Source: the human T2T-CHM13v2.0 reference genome, Homo sapiens | Reading direction: 5' to 3' | Length of the DNA: 64,000 nucleotides | NCBI GenBank assembly: GCA_009914755.4 | Contig: CP086569.2 | Span: forward strand, 12,064,001 to 12,128,000 | Shown here: piece by piece, positions 41,101-54,600 of the stretch | Position numbering within the stretch: the stretch's first letter is position 1 | Layout of the letters: every line of letters begins with the position of its first letter | Translations under genes and position numbers: made by a program | Notes under the pieces: model-generated | Told to the model about the DNA's origin: nothing | Databases searched by the model: none | What the model saw: the letters and a program-made list of their open reading frames with translations, nothing else

Positions 41101-44100
41101 GGAGTGGAATGGAATCGAATGGAATGAAAAGAATGGAACGGAATGGAACGGAAAGGAATAGAATGTTATGGAATCCGATTGGACAGAATGGAATGGAATG
41201 CAGTTTCATGAAATGGGGTCAAATAGAGTGGCATCAAAAGGAATGGAATGGAGTGGACTCAAGAGGAATGGACTCGAAAAGAATGGAGTCGAACCAAATT
41301 GAATCAAATGGATTGGAGTCGAACAGAATGGAATGGAATGGAATGAGCTCGACTGGAGTAGAGAGGAATGAAAAGGAATAGAATGGAATGTAATCAAATG
41401 GATTGCAAGTGAATGGAATCAAAAATAATAGAAAGCAATGGAGTGTAAAGGGATGATATTGAATTAAATGGAAGGGAATGGAATTTAATGGAATGGAGTC
41501 GAAGGAATGGACAGGAATGTAATGGACTCCAATGGAATGGAATGGATGAAAACGGATTTGAACAGATTGGAATAGAACGGAATGGAATGCAATGAAATGG
41601 AATGGACTCGATCAGAACGGACTGGAGAGGAATGTACACAAATGGAATGGAAACGAATGGAATGCAATGAAATGGAATGGAATGCAATGGAATTGAAAGG
41701 AACGGAATCAAATGGAATGGAATGGAATGGAATGGAATGGATTGGAATAGAATGAATTCAAATAAAATAGAATCGATTGCAATGGTATTGAATGGAAGGG
41801 ACTTGAATGGAATGGAAAGCAATGGAAGATATTGGAATCGAATGGCATCGAATGAAATGGAATGGAACGGAATGGAACGGACCGGAATGGAATGGAATGG
41901 ACTCAAATGTAATGGACTCGAATGGAATCGACTGAAATATAATAGACTCGAAAGGAATGGCCTCGAGCGGAATTTATTTGAATTGAATGGAATCAAATGG
42001 AATACAATAGTATGGAATGGAATCGAATGGAATGGAATCGAATGGAATGTAATCAAATGGAATGGAACGGAATTCAATATAATGGAGTAGAATGGAATGC
42101 ATTGGAAAGGAGCAGAGAGGAATCGAGTGGATTGGAATCGAGTGGAATGGAATCAAAGGGAACGAAATCGAATTGAATGGACTTGAATGGAATTGAGTCG
42201 AAAGGAATTGACTCGAAAGGCATGGACTGGAACAAAAAGGAATCAAATGGACAGGAATGGAATGGAATGGACTCGAATGGAATGGAGTCAAATGCAAACG
42301 CATCGAATGGAATGGATTCAAATGGAATGCAATTGAATGGAATAGAAAGGAAGAGAATGGAATTGAGAGTAATGGAAAGATATCGATTGGAATGAAATGG
42401 AATGGAAAGGAATTGAATGGAAAGGAATGGACTCGAAAGAAATGGATTGGAATGGAATGGTCTCCAATGGAATGGACTGGAGTGGAATGGAATCGAATGG
42501 AAAGAAAAGAATGGAACGGAATGGAACGGAAAGGAATAGAATGTTATGGAATCCGATTGGACAGAATGGAATGGAATGCAGTTTCATGAAATGGAGTCGA
42601 ATAGAGTGGCATCAAAAGGAATGGAATGGAGTGGACTCAAAAGGAATGGACTCGAAAGGAATGGGGTCGAACCAAATTGAATCAAATGGATTGGAGTCGA
42701 ACAGAATGGAATGGAATGGAATGAACTCGACTGGAGTAGAGAGGAATGAAAAGAAATAGAATGGAATGTAATCAAATGGATTGCAAGTGAATGGAATCAA
42801 AAATAATAGAAAGGAATGGAGTGTAAAGGGATGATATTGAATTAAATGGAATGGAATGGAATTTAATGGAATGGAGTCGAAGGAATGGACAGGAATGTAA
42901 TGGACTCCAATGGAATGGAATGGATCAAAATGGATTTGAACAGATTGGAATGGAACGGAATGGAATGCAATGAAATGGAATGGACTCGATCAGAACGGAC
43001 TGGAGAGGAATGTACACAAATGGAATGGAAACGAATGGAATGGAATGAAATGGAATGGAATGCAATGGAATTGAAAGGAACGGAATCAAATGGAATGGAA
43101 TGGAATGGAATGGATTGGAATAGAATGGATTCAAATATAATAGAATCGATTGCAATGGTATTGAATGGAAGGGACTTGAATGGAATGGAAAGCAATGGAA
43201 GATATTGGAATCGAATGGCATCGAATGAAATGGAATGGAACGGAATGGAACGGACCGGAATGGAATGGAATGGACTCAAATGTAATGGACTCGAATGGAA
43301 TCGACTGAAATATAATAGACTCGAAAGGAATGGCCTCGAGCGGAATTTATTTGAATAGAATGGAATCAAATGGAATACAATAGTATGGAAGGGAATCGAA
43401 TGGAATGGAATCGAATGGAATGTAATCAAATGGAATGGAACGGAATTCAATATAATGGAGTAGAATGGAATGCATTGGAAAGGAGCAGAGTGGAATCGAG
43501 TGGATTGGAATCGAGTGGAATGGAATCAAAGTTAACGAAATCGGATTGAATGGACTTGAATGGAATTTAGTCGAAAGGAATTGACTCGAAAGGCATGGAC
43601 TGGAACAAAAAGGAATCAAATGGACAGGAATGGAATGGAATGGACTCGGATAGAATGGAATCAAATGCAAACGCATCCAATGGAATGGATTCCAATGGAA
43701 TGCAATTGAATGGAATAGAAAGGAAGAGAATGGAATTGAGAGTAATGGAAAGATACCGTTTGGAATGAAATGGAATGGAAAGGAATTGAATGGAAAGGAA
43801 TGGACTCGAAAGAAATGGATTGGAATGGAATGGTCTCCAATGGAATGGACTGGAGTGGAATGCAATCGAATGGAAAGAAAAGAATGGAATGGAATGGAAC
43901 GGAAAGGAATAGAATGTTATGGAATCCGATTGGACAGAATGGAATGGAGTGCAGTTTCATGAAATGGAGTCGAATAGAGTGGCATCAAAAGGAATGGAAT
44001 GGAGTGGACTCAAAAGGAATGGACTCGAAAGGAATGGAGTCGAACCAAATTGAATCAAATGGATTGGAGTCGAACAGAATGGAATGGAATGGAATGAACT

Positions 44101-46349
44101 CGACTGGAGTAGAGAGGAATGAAAAGGAATAGAATGGAATGTAATCAAATGGATTGCAAGTGAATGGAATCAAAATTAATAGAAACGAATGGAGTGTAAA
44201 GGGATGATATTGAATTAAATGGAATGGAATGGAATTTAATGGAATGGAGTCGAAGGAATGGACAGGAATGTAATGGACTCCAATGGAATGGAATGGATCA
44301 AAATGGATTGGAACAGATTGGAATGGAACGGAATGGAATGCAATGAAATGGAATGGACTCGATCAAAACAGACTGGAGAGGAATGTACACAAATGGAATG
44401 GAAACGAATGGAATGGAATGAAATGGAATGGAATGGAATGCAATGGAATTGAAAGGAACGGAATCAAATGGAATGGAATGGAAGGGATTGGAATACAATG
44501 GATTCAAATAAAATAGAATCGATTGCAATGGTATTGAATGGAAGGGACTTGAATGGAATGGAAAGCAACGGAAGATATTGGAATCGAATGGCATCGAATG
44601 AAATGTAATGGAACGGAATGGAACGGACCGGAATAGAATGGAATGGACTCAAATGTTATGGACTCGAATGGAATCGACTGAAATATAATAGACTCGATAG
44701 GATTGGCCTCGAGCGGAATTTATTTGAATAGAATGGAATCAAATGGAATACAATAGTATGGAATGGAATCGAATGGAATGGAATCGAATGGAATGTAATG
44801 AAATGGAATGGAACGGAATTCAATATAATGGAGTAGAATGGAATGCATTGGAAAGGAGCAGAGTGGAATCGAGTGGATTGGAATCGAGTGGAATGGAATC
44901 AAAGGGAACGAAATCGAATTGAATGGACTTGAATGGAATTGAGTCGAAAGGAATTGACTCGAAAGGAATGGACTGGAACAAAAAGGAATCAAATGGACAG
45001 GAATGGAATGGAATGGACTCGAATGGAATGGAGTCAAATGCAAACGCATCGAATGGAATGGATTCAAATGGAATGCAATTGAATGGAATAGAAAGGAAGA
45101 GAATGGAATTGAGAGTAATGGAAAGATATCGATTGGAATGAAATGAAATGGAAAGGAATTGAATGGAAAGGAATGGACTCGAAAGAAATGGATTGGAATG
45201 GAATGGTCTCCAATGGAATGGACTGGAGTGGAATGGAATCGAATGGAAAGAAAAGAATGGAACTGAATGGAACGGAAAGGAATAGAATGTTATGGAATCC
45301 GATTGGACAGAATGGAATGGAATGCAGTTTCATGAAATGGAGTCGAATAGAGTGGCATCAAAAGGAATGGAATGGAGTGGACTCAAAATGAATGGACTCG
45401 AAAGGAATGGAGTCGAACCAAATTGAATCAAATGGATTGGAGTCGAACAGAATGGAATGGAATGGAATGAACTCGACTGGAGTAGAGAGGAATGAAAAGG
45501 AATAGAATGGAATGTAATCAAATGGATTGCAAGTGAATGGAATCAAAAATAATAGAAAGGAATGGAGTGTAAAGGGATGATATTGAATTAAATGGAATGG
45601 AATGGAATTTAATGGAATGGAGTCGAAGGAATGGACAGGAATGTAATGGACTCCAATGGAATGGAATGGATCAAAATGGATTTGAACAGATTGGAATGGA
45701 ACGGAATGGAATGCAATGAAATGGAATGGACTCGATCAGAACGGACTGGAGAGGAATGTACACAAATGGAATGGAAACGAATGGAATGGAATGAAATGGA
45801 ATGGAATGCAATGGAATTGAAAGGAACGGAATCAAATGGAATGGAATGGAATGGAATGGAATGGAATAGAATGGATTCAAATAAAATAGAATCGATTGCA
45901 ATGGTATTGAATGGAAGGGACGTGAATGGAATGGAAAGCAATGGAAGATATTGGAATCGAATGGCATCGAATGAAATGGAATGGAACGGAATGGAACGGA
46001 CCCGAATGGAATGGAATGGACTCAAATGTAATGGACTCGAATGGAATCGACTGAAATATAATAGACTCGAAAGGAATGGCCTCCAGCGGAATTTATTTGA
46101 ATTGAATGGAATCAAATGGAATACAATAGTATGGAATGGAATCGAATGGAATGGAATCGAATGGAATGTAATCAAATGGAATGGAACGGAATTCAATATA
46201 ATGGAGTAGAATGGAATGCATTGGAAAGGAGCAGAGTGGAATCGAGTGGATTGGAATCTAGTGGAATGGAATCAAAGGGAACGAAATCGAATTGAATGGA
46301 CTTGAATGGAATTGAGTCGAAAGGAATTGACTCGAAAGGCATGGACTGG

Positions 46350-49300
46350 AACAAAAAGGAATCAAATGGACAGGAATGGAATGGAATGGACTCGAATGGA
46401 ATGGAGTCAAATGCAAACGCATCGAATGGAATGGATTCAAAGGGAATGCAATTGAATGGAATAGAATGTAAGAGAATGGAATTGAGAGTAATGGAAAGAT
46501 ATCGATTGGAATGAAATGGAATGGAAAGGAATTGAATGGAAAGGAATGGACTCGAAAGAAATAGGTTGGAATGGAATGGTCTCCAATGGAATGGACTGGA
46601 GTGGAATGGAATCGAATGGAATGAAAAGAATGGAACGGAATGGAACGGAAAGGATTAGAATGTTATGGATTCCGATTGGACAGAATGGAATGGAATGCAG
46701 TTTCATGAAATGGAGTCAAATAGAGTGGCATCAAAAGGAATGGAATGGAGTGGAATCAAGAGGAATGGACTCGAAAGGAATGGAGTCGAACCAAATTGAA
46801 TCAAATGGATTGGAGTCGAACAGAATGGAATGGAATGGAATGAACTCGACTGGAGTAGAGAGGAATGAAAAGGAATAGAATGGAATGTAATCAAATGGAT
46901 TGCAAGTGAATGGAATCAAAAATAATAGAAAGCAATGGAGTGTAAAGGGATGATATTGAATTAAATGGAATGGAATGTAATGGAATTTAATGGAATGGAG
47001 TCGAAGGAATGGACAGGAATGTAATGGACTCCAATGGAATGGAATGGATGAAAACGGATTTGAAAAGATTGGAATAGAACGGAATGGAATGCAATGAAAT
47101 GGAATGGACTCGATCAGAACGGACTGGAGAGGAATGTACACAAATGGAATGGAAACGAATGGAATGCAATGAAATGGAATGGAATGCAATGGAATTGAAA
47201 GGAACGGAATCAAGTGGAATGGAATGGAATGGAATGGAATGGATTGGAATAGAATGAATTCAAATAAAATAGAATCGATTGCAATGGTATTGAATGGAAG
47301 GGACTTGAATGGAATGGAAAGCAATGGAAGATATTGGAATCGAATGGCATCGAATGAAATGGAATGGAACGGAATGGAACGGACCCGAATGGAATGGAAT
47401 GGACTCAAATGTAATGGACTCGAATGGAATCGACTGAAATATAATAGACTCGAAAGGAATGGCCTCTAGCGGAATTTATTTGAATAGAATGGAATCAAAT
47501 GGAATACAATAGTATGGAATGGAATCGAATGGAATGGAATCGAATGGAATGTAATCAAATGGAATGGAATGGAATTCAATATAATGGAGTAGAATGGAAT
47601 GCATTGGAAAGGAGCAGAGTGGAATCGAGTGGATTGGAATCGAGTGGAATGGAATCAAAGGGAACGAAATCGGATTGAATGGACTTGAATGGAATTGAGT
47701 CGAAAGGAATTGACTTGAAAGGAATGGACTGGAACAAAAAGGAATCAAATGGACAGGAATGGAATGGAATGGACTCGGATGGAATGGAGTCAAATGCAAA
47801 CGCATCCAATGGAATGGATTCAAATGGAATGCAATTGAATGGAATAGAAAGGAAGAGAATGGAATTGAGAGTAATGGAAAGATATCGTTTGGAATGAAAT
47901 GGAATGGAAAGGAATTGAATGGAAAGGAATGAACTCGAAAGAAATGGATTGGAATGGAATGGTCTCCAATGGAATGGACTGGAGTGGAATGCAATCGAAT
48001 GGAAAGAAAAGAATGGAACGGAATGGAACGGAAAGGAATAGAATGTTATGGAATCCGATTGGACAGAATGGAATGGAATGCAGTTTCATGAAATGGAGTC
48101 GAATAGAGTGGCATGAAAAGGAATGGAATGGAGTGGACTCAAAAGGAATGGACTCGAAAGGAATGGAGTCGAAACAAATTGAATCAAATGGATTGGAGTC
48201 GAACAGAATGGAATGGAATGGAATGAACTCGACTGGAGTAGAGAGGAATGAAAAGGAATAGAATGGAATGTAATCAAATGGATTGCAAGTGAATGGAATC
48301 AAAAATAATAGAAACGAATGGAGTGTAAAGTGATGATATTGAATTAAATGGAATGGAATGGAATTTAATGGAATGGAGTCGAAGGAATGGACAGGAATGT
48401 AATGGACTCCAATGGAATGGAATGGATCAAGATGGATTGGAACAGATTAGAATGGAACGGAATGGAATGCAATGAAATGGAATGGACTCGATCAAAACAG
48501 ACTGGAGAGGAATGTACACAAATGGAATGGAAACGAATGGAATGGAATGAAATGGAATGGAATGGAATGCAATGGAATTGAAAGGAACGGAATCAAATGG
48601 AATGGAATGGAAGGGATTGGAATACAATGGATTCAAATAAAATAGAATCGATTGCAATGGTATTGAATGGAAGGGACTTGAATGGAATTGAAAGCAACGG
48701 AAGATATTGGAATCGAATGGCATCGAATGAAATGGAATTGAACGGAATGGACCGGACCGGAATAGAATGGAATGGACTCAAATGTAATGGACTCGAAAGG
48801 AATCGACTGAAATATAATAGACTCGAAAGGATTGGCCTCGAGCGGAATTTGTTTGAATAGAATGGAATCAAATGGAATACAATAGTATGGAATGGAATCG
48901 AATGGAATGGAATCGAATGGAATGTAATGAAATGGAATGGAACGGAATTCAATATAATGGAGTAGAATGGAATGCATTGGAAAGGAGCAGAGTGGAATCG
49001 AGTGGATTGGAATCGAGTGGAATGGAATCAAAGGGAACGAAATCGAATTGAATGGACTTGAATGGAATTGAGTCGAAAGGAATTGACTCGAAAGGAATGG
49101 ACTGGAACAAAAAGGAATCAAATGGACGGGAATGGAATGGAATGGACTCGAATGGAATGGAGTCAAATGCAAACGCATCGAATGGAATGGATTCAAATGG
49201 AATGCAATTGAATGGAATAGAAAGGAAGAGAATGGAATTGAGAGTAATGGAAAGATATCGATTGAAATGAAATGAAATGGAAAGGAATTGAATGGAAAGG

Positions 49301-51660
49301 AATGGACTCGAAAGAAATGGATTGGAATGGAATGGTCTCCAATGGAATGGAATGGAGTGGAATGGAATCGAATGGAAAGAAAAGAATGGAACGGAATGGA
49401 ACGGAAAGGAATAGAATGTTATGGAATCCGATTGGACAGAATGGAATGGAATGCAGTTTCATGAAATGGAGTCGAATAGAGTGGCATGAAAAGGAATGGA
49501 ATGGAGTGGACTCAAAAGGAATGGACTCGAAAGGAATGGAGTCGAACCAAATTGAATCAAATGGATTGGAGTCGAACAGAATGGAATGGAATGGAATGAA
49601 CTCGACTGGAGTAGAGAGGAATGAAAAGGAATAGAATGGAATGTAATCAAATGGATTGCAAGTGAATGGAATCAAAAATAATAGAAAGGAATGGAGTGTA
49701 AAGGGATGATATTGAATTAAATGGAATGGTATGGAATTTAATGGAATGGAGTCGAAGGAATGGACAGGAATGTAATGGACTCCAATGGAATGGAATGGAT
49801 CAAAATGGATTTGTACAGATTGGAATCGAACGGAATGGAATACAATGAAATGGAATGGATTCGATCAGAGCGGCCTGGAGAGGAATGTACATAAATGGAA
49901 TGGAAACGGAAGGAATGGAATGAAATGGAATGGAATGCAGTGGAATTGAAAGGAACGGAATCAAATGGAATGGAATGGAATGGAATGGAATGGAATGGAT
50001 TGGAATAGAATGGATTCAAATAAAATAGAATCGATTGCAATGGTATTGAATGGAAGGGACTTGAATGGAATGGAAAGCAATGGAAGATATTGGAATCGAA
50101 TGGAATCGAATGGAATGTAATCAAATGGAATGGAACGGAATTCAATATAATGGAGTAGAATGGAATGCATTGGAAAGGAACATAGTGGAATCGAGTGGAT
50201 TGGAATCGAGTGGAATGGAATCAAAGGGAACGAAATCGAATTGAATGGACTTGAATGGAAGTGAGTCGAAAGGAATTGACTCGAAAGGAATGGACTGCAA
50301 CAAAAAGGAATCAAATGGAGAGGAATGGAATGGAATGGACTCGAATGGAATGGAGTCAAATGCAAACGCATCCAATGGAATGGATTCAAATGGAATGCAA
50401 TTGAATGGAATAGAAAGGAAGAGAATGGAATTGAGAGTAATGGAAAGATATCGATTGGAATGAAATGGAATGGAAAGGAATTGAATGGAAAGGAATGGAC
50501 TCGAAAGAAATGGATTGGAATGGAATGGTCTCCAATGGAATGGACTGGAGTGGAATGCAATCGAATGGAAAGAAAAGAATGGAACGGAGAGGAATAGAAT
50601 GTTATGGAATCCGATGGAACAGAATGGAATGGAATGCAGTTTCATGAAATGGAGTCGAATAGAGTGACATCAAAAGGAATGGAATGGAGTGGACTCAAAA
50701 GGAATGGAGTCGAAAGGAATGGAGTCGAACCAAATTGAATCAAATGGATTGGAGTCGAAAAGAATGGAAAGGAATGGAATGAACTCGACTGGAGTAGAGA
50801 GGAATGAAAAGGAATAGAATGGAATGTTATCAAATGGATTGCAAGTGAATGGAATAAAAAATAATAGAAAGGAATGGAGTGTAAAGGGATGATATTGAAT
50901 TAAATGGAATGGAATGGAATTTAATGGAATGGAGTCGAAGGAATGGACAGGAATGTAATGGACTCCAATGGAATGGAATGGATCAAAATGGATTTGAACA
51001 GATTGGAATGGAACGGAATGGAATGCAATGAAATGGAATGGACTCGATCAGAACGGACTGGAGAGGAATGTACACAAATGGAATGGAAACGAATGGAATG
51101 GAATGAAATGGAATGGAATGCAATGGAATTGAAAGGAACGGAATCAAATGGAATGGAATGGAATGGAATGGATTGGAATAGAATGGATTCAAATAAAATA
51201 GAATCGATTGCAATGGTATTGAATGGAAGGGACTTGAATGGAATGGAAAGCAATGGAAGATATTGGAATCGAATGGCATCGAATGAAATGGAATGGAACG
51301 GAATGGAACGGACCCGAATGGAATGGAATGGACTCAAATGTAATGGACTCGAATGGAATAGAAGGAAATATAATAGACTCGAAAGGAATGGCCTCGAGCG
51401 GAATTTATTTGAATAGAATGGAATCAAATGGAATACAATAGTATGGAATGGAATCGAATGGAATGGAATCGAATGGAATGTAATCAAATGGAATGGAACG
51501 GAATTCAAAATAATGGAGTAGAATGGAATGCATTGGAAAGGAGCAGAGTGGAATCGAGTGTATTGGAATCGAGTGGAATGGAATCAAAGGGAACGAAATC
51601 CAATTGAATGGACTTGAATGCAATTTAGTCGAAAGGAATTGACTCAAAAGGAATGGACTG
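46350..51660 (+). repeat. Copy 1 of a ~5312-bp tandem duplication spanning about 3.9 HOR copies (boundaries accurate to about 50 bp)
   Basis: It is colinear with 51661 to 56990 at an offset of exactly 5312 bp. The artefact ORF pairs at that offset are identical or differ at a single residue: 48427..48723/53739..54035, 48633..49196/53945..54508, 49961..50560/55273..55872 and 50921..51508/56233..56820. Both copies share a deleted 1183-bp HOR copy, the private variant aatgtaagag and loss of the XhoI site to cctctagcgg. Similarity ends near 46350/51660 (ctcgaaaggcatgg against ctcaaaaggaatgg). Confidence 0.8.
49760..50942 (+). repeat. Truncated HOR copy (1183 bp) with a ~190-bp internal deletion
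   Basis: At about 50091 to 50110 the sequence goes from gatattggaatcgaatgg straight to aatcgaatggaatgtaatcaaatgg. It skips the canonical segment catcgaatgaaatgg ... ggcctcgagcgg ... tatggaatggaatcgaatggaatgg. The deletion is flanked by the direct repeat ggaatcgaatgg and removes the XhoI-type site. Confidence 0.85.
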
Positions 51661-54600
51661 GAACAAAAAGGAATCAAATGGACAGGAATGGAATGGAATG
51701 GACTCGAATGGAATGGAGTCAAATGCAAACGCATCGAATGGAATGGATTCAAAGGGAATGCAATTGAATGGAATAGAATGTAAGAGAATGGAATTGAGAG
51801 TAATGGAAAGATATCGATTGGAATGAAATGGAATGGAAAGGAATTGAATGGAAAGGAATGGACTCGAAAGAAATAGGTTGGAATGGAATGGTCTCCAATG
51901 GAATGGACTGGAGTGGAATGGAATCGAATGGAATGAAAAGAATGGAACGGAATGGAACGGAAAGGATTAGAATGTTATGGATTCCGATTGGACAGAATGG
52001 AATGGAATGCAGTTTCATGAAATGGAGTCAAATAGAGTGGCATCAAAAGGAATGGAATGGAGTGGAATCAAGAGGAATGGACTCGAAAGGAATGGAGTCG
52101 AACCAAATTGAATCAAATGGATTGGAGTCGAACAGAATGGAATGGAATGGAATGAACTCGACTGGAGTAGAGAGGAATGAAAAGGAATAGAATGGAATGT
52201 AATCAAATGGATTGCAAGTGAATGGAATCAAAAATAATAGAAAGCAATGGAGTGTAAAGGGATGATATTGAATTAAATGGAATGGAATGTAATGGAATTT
52301 AATGGAATGGAGTCGAAGGAATGGACAGGAATGTAATGGACTCCAATGGAATGGAATGGATGAAAACGGATTTGAAAAGATTGGAATAGAACGGAATGGA
52401 ATGCAATGAAATGGAATGGACTCGATCAGAACGGACTGGAGAGGAATGTACACAAATGGAATGGAAACGAATGGAATGCAATGAAATGGAATGGAATGCA
52501 ATGGAATTGAAAGGAACGGAATCAAGTGGAATGGAATGGAATGGAATGGAATGGATTGGAATAGAATGAATTCAAATAAAATAGAATCGATTGCAATGGT
52601 ATTGAATGGAAGGGACTTGAATGGAATGGAAAGCAATGGAAGATATTGGAATCGAATGGCATCGAATGAAATGGAATGGAACGGAATGGAACGGACCCGA
52701 ATGGAATGGAATGGACTCAAATGTAATGGACTCGAATGGAATCGACTGAAATATAATAGACTCGAAAGGAATGGCCTCTAGCGGAATTTATTTGAATAGA
52801 ATGGAATCAAATGGAATACAATAGTATGGAATGGAATCGAATGGAATGGAATCGAATGGAATGTAATCAAATGGAATGGAATGGAATTCAATATAATGGA
52901 GTAGAATGGAATGCATTGGAAAGGAGCAGAGTGGAATCGAGTGGATTGGAATCGAGTGGAATGGAATCAAAGGGAACGAAATCGGATTGAATGGACTTGA
53001 ATGGAATTGAGTCGAAAGGAATTGACTCGAAAGGAATGGACTGGAACAAAAAGGAATCAAATGGACAGGAATGGAATGGAATGGACTCGGATGGAATGGA
53101 GTCAAATGCAAACGCATCCAATGGAATGGATTCAAATGGAATGCAATTGAATGGAATAGAAAGGAAGAGAATGGAATTGAGAGTAATGGAAAGATATCGT
53201 TTGGAATGAAATGGAATGGAAAGGAATTGAATGGAAAGGAATGAACTCGAAAGAAATGGATTGGAATGGAATGGTCTCCAATGGAATGGACTGGAGTGGA
53301 ATGCAATCGAATGGAAAGAAAAGAATGGAACGGAATGGAACGGAAAGGAATAGAATGTTATGGAATCCGATTGGACAGAATGGAATGGAATGCAGTTTCA
53401 TGAAATGGAGTCGAATAGAGTGGCATCAAAAGGAATGGAATGGAGTGGACTCAAAAGGAATGGACTCGAAAGGAATGGAGTCGAAACAAATTGAATCAAA
53501 TGGATTGGAGTCGAACAGAATGGAATGGAATGGAATGAACTCGACTGGAGTAGAGAGGAATGAAAAGGAATAGAATGGAATGTAATCAAATGGATTGCAA
53601 GTGAATGGAATCAAAAATAATAGAAACGAATGGAGTGTAAAGTGATGATATTGAATTAAATGGAATGGAATGGAATTTAATGGAATGGAGTCGAAGGAAT
53701 GGACAGGAATGTAATGGACTCCAATGGAATGGAATGGATCAAGATGGATTGGAACAGATTAGAATGGAACGGAATGGAATGCAATGAAATGGAATGGACT
53801 CGATCAAAACAGACTGGAGAGGAATGTACACAAATGGAATGGAAACGAATGGAATGGAATGAAATGGAATGGAATGGAATGCAATGGAATTGAAAGGAAC
53901 GGAATCAAATGGAATGGAATGGAAGGGATTGGAATACAATGGATTCAAATAAAATAGAATCGATTGCAATGGTATTGAATGGAAGGGACTTGAATGGAAT
54001 TGAAAGCAACGGAAGATATTGGAATCGAATGGCATCGAATGAAATGGAATTGAACGGAATGGACCGGACCGGAATAGAATGGAATGGACTCAAATGTAAT
54101 GGACTCGAAAGGAATCGACTGAAATATAATAGACTCGAAAGGATTGGCCTCGAGCGGAATTTGTTTGAATAGAATGGAATCAAATGGAATACAATAGTAT
54201 GGAATGGAATCGAATGGAATGGAATCGAATGGAATGTAATGAAATGGAATGGAACGGAATTCAATATAATGGAGTAGAATGGAATGCATTGGAAAGGAGC
54301 AGAGTGGAATCGAGTGGATTGGAATCGAGTGGAATGGAATCAAAGGGAACGAAATCGAATTGAATGGACTTGAATGGAATTGAGTCGAAAGGAATTGACT
54401 CGAAAGGAATGGACTGGAACAAAAAGGAATCAAATGGACGGGAATGGAATGGAATGGACTCGAATGGAATGGAGTCAAATGCAAACGCATCGAATGGAAT
54501 GGATTCAAATGGAATGCAATTGAATGGAATAGAAAGGAAGAGAATGGAATTGAGAGTAATGGAAAGATATCGATTGAAATGAAATGAAATGGAAAGGAAT

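Noticed and set aside
41394-42077. Longest ORFs in the track: 227 aa on the minus strand here, and the 225-aa ORFs at 46731..47408 and 52043..52720
   Set aside because: The translation is a pure IPFHS/IPFDS low-complexity repeat, which is the complement of GGAAT read in frame. These ORFs overlap other artefact ORFs on both strands and recur once per HOR subtype. I see no start-context, domain or codon-usage signal.
45631-46209. 192-aa plus-strand ORF with MEWNG/MDSNG repeats
   Set aside because: It is the same artefact in the GGA-ATG-GAA-TGG-AAT reading frame. Its length only reflects the scarcity of stop codons in the purine-rich strand.
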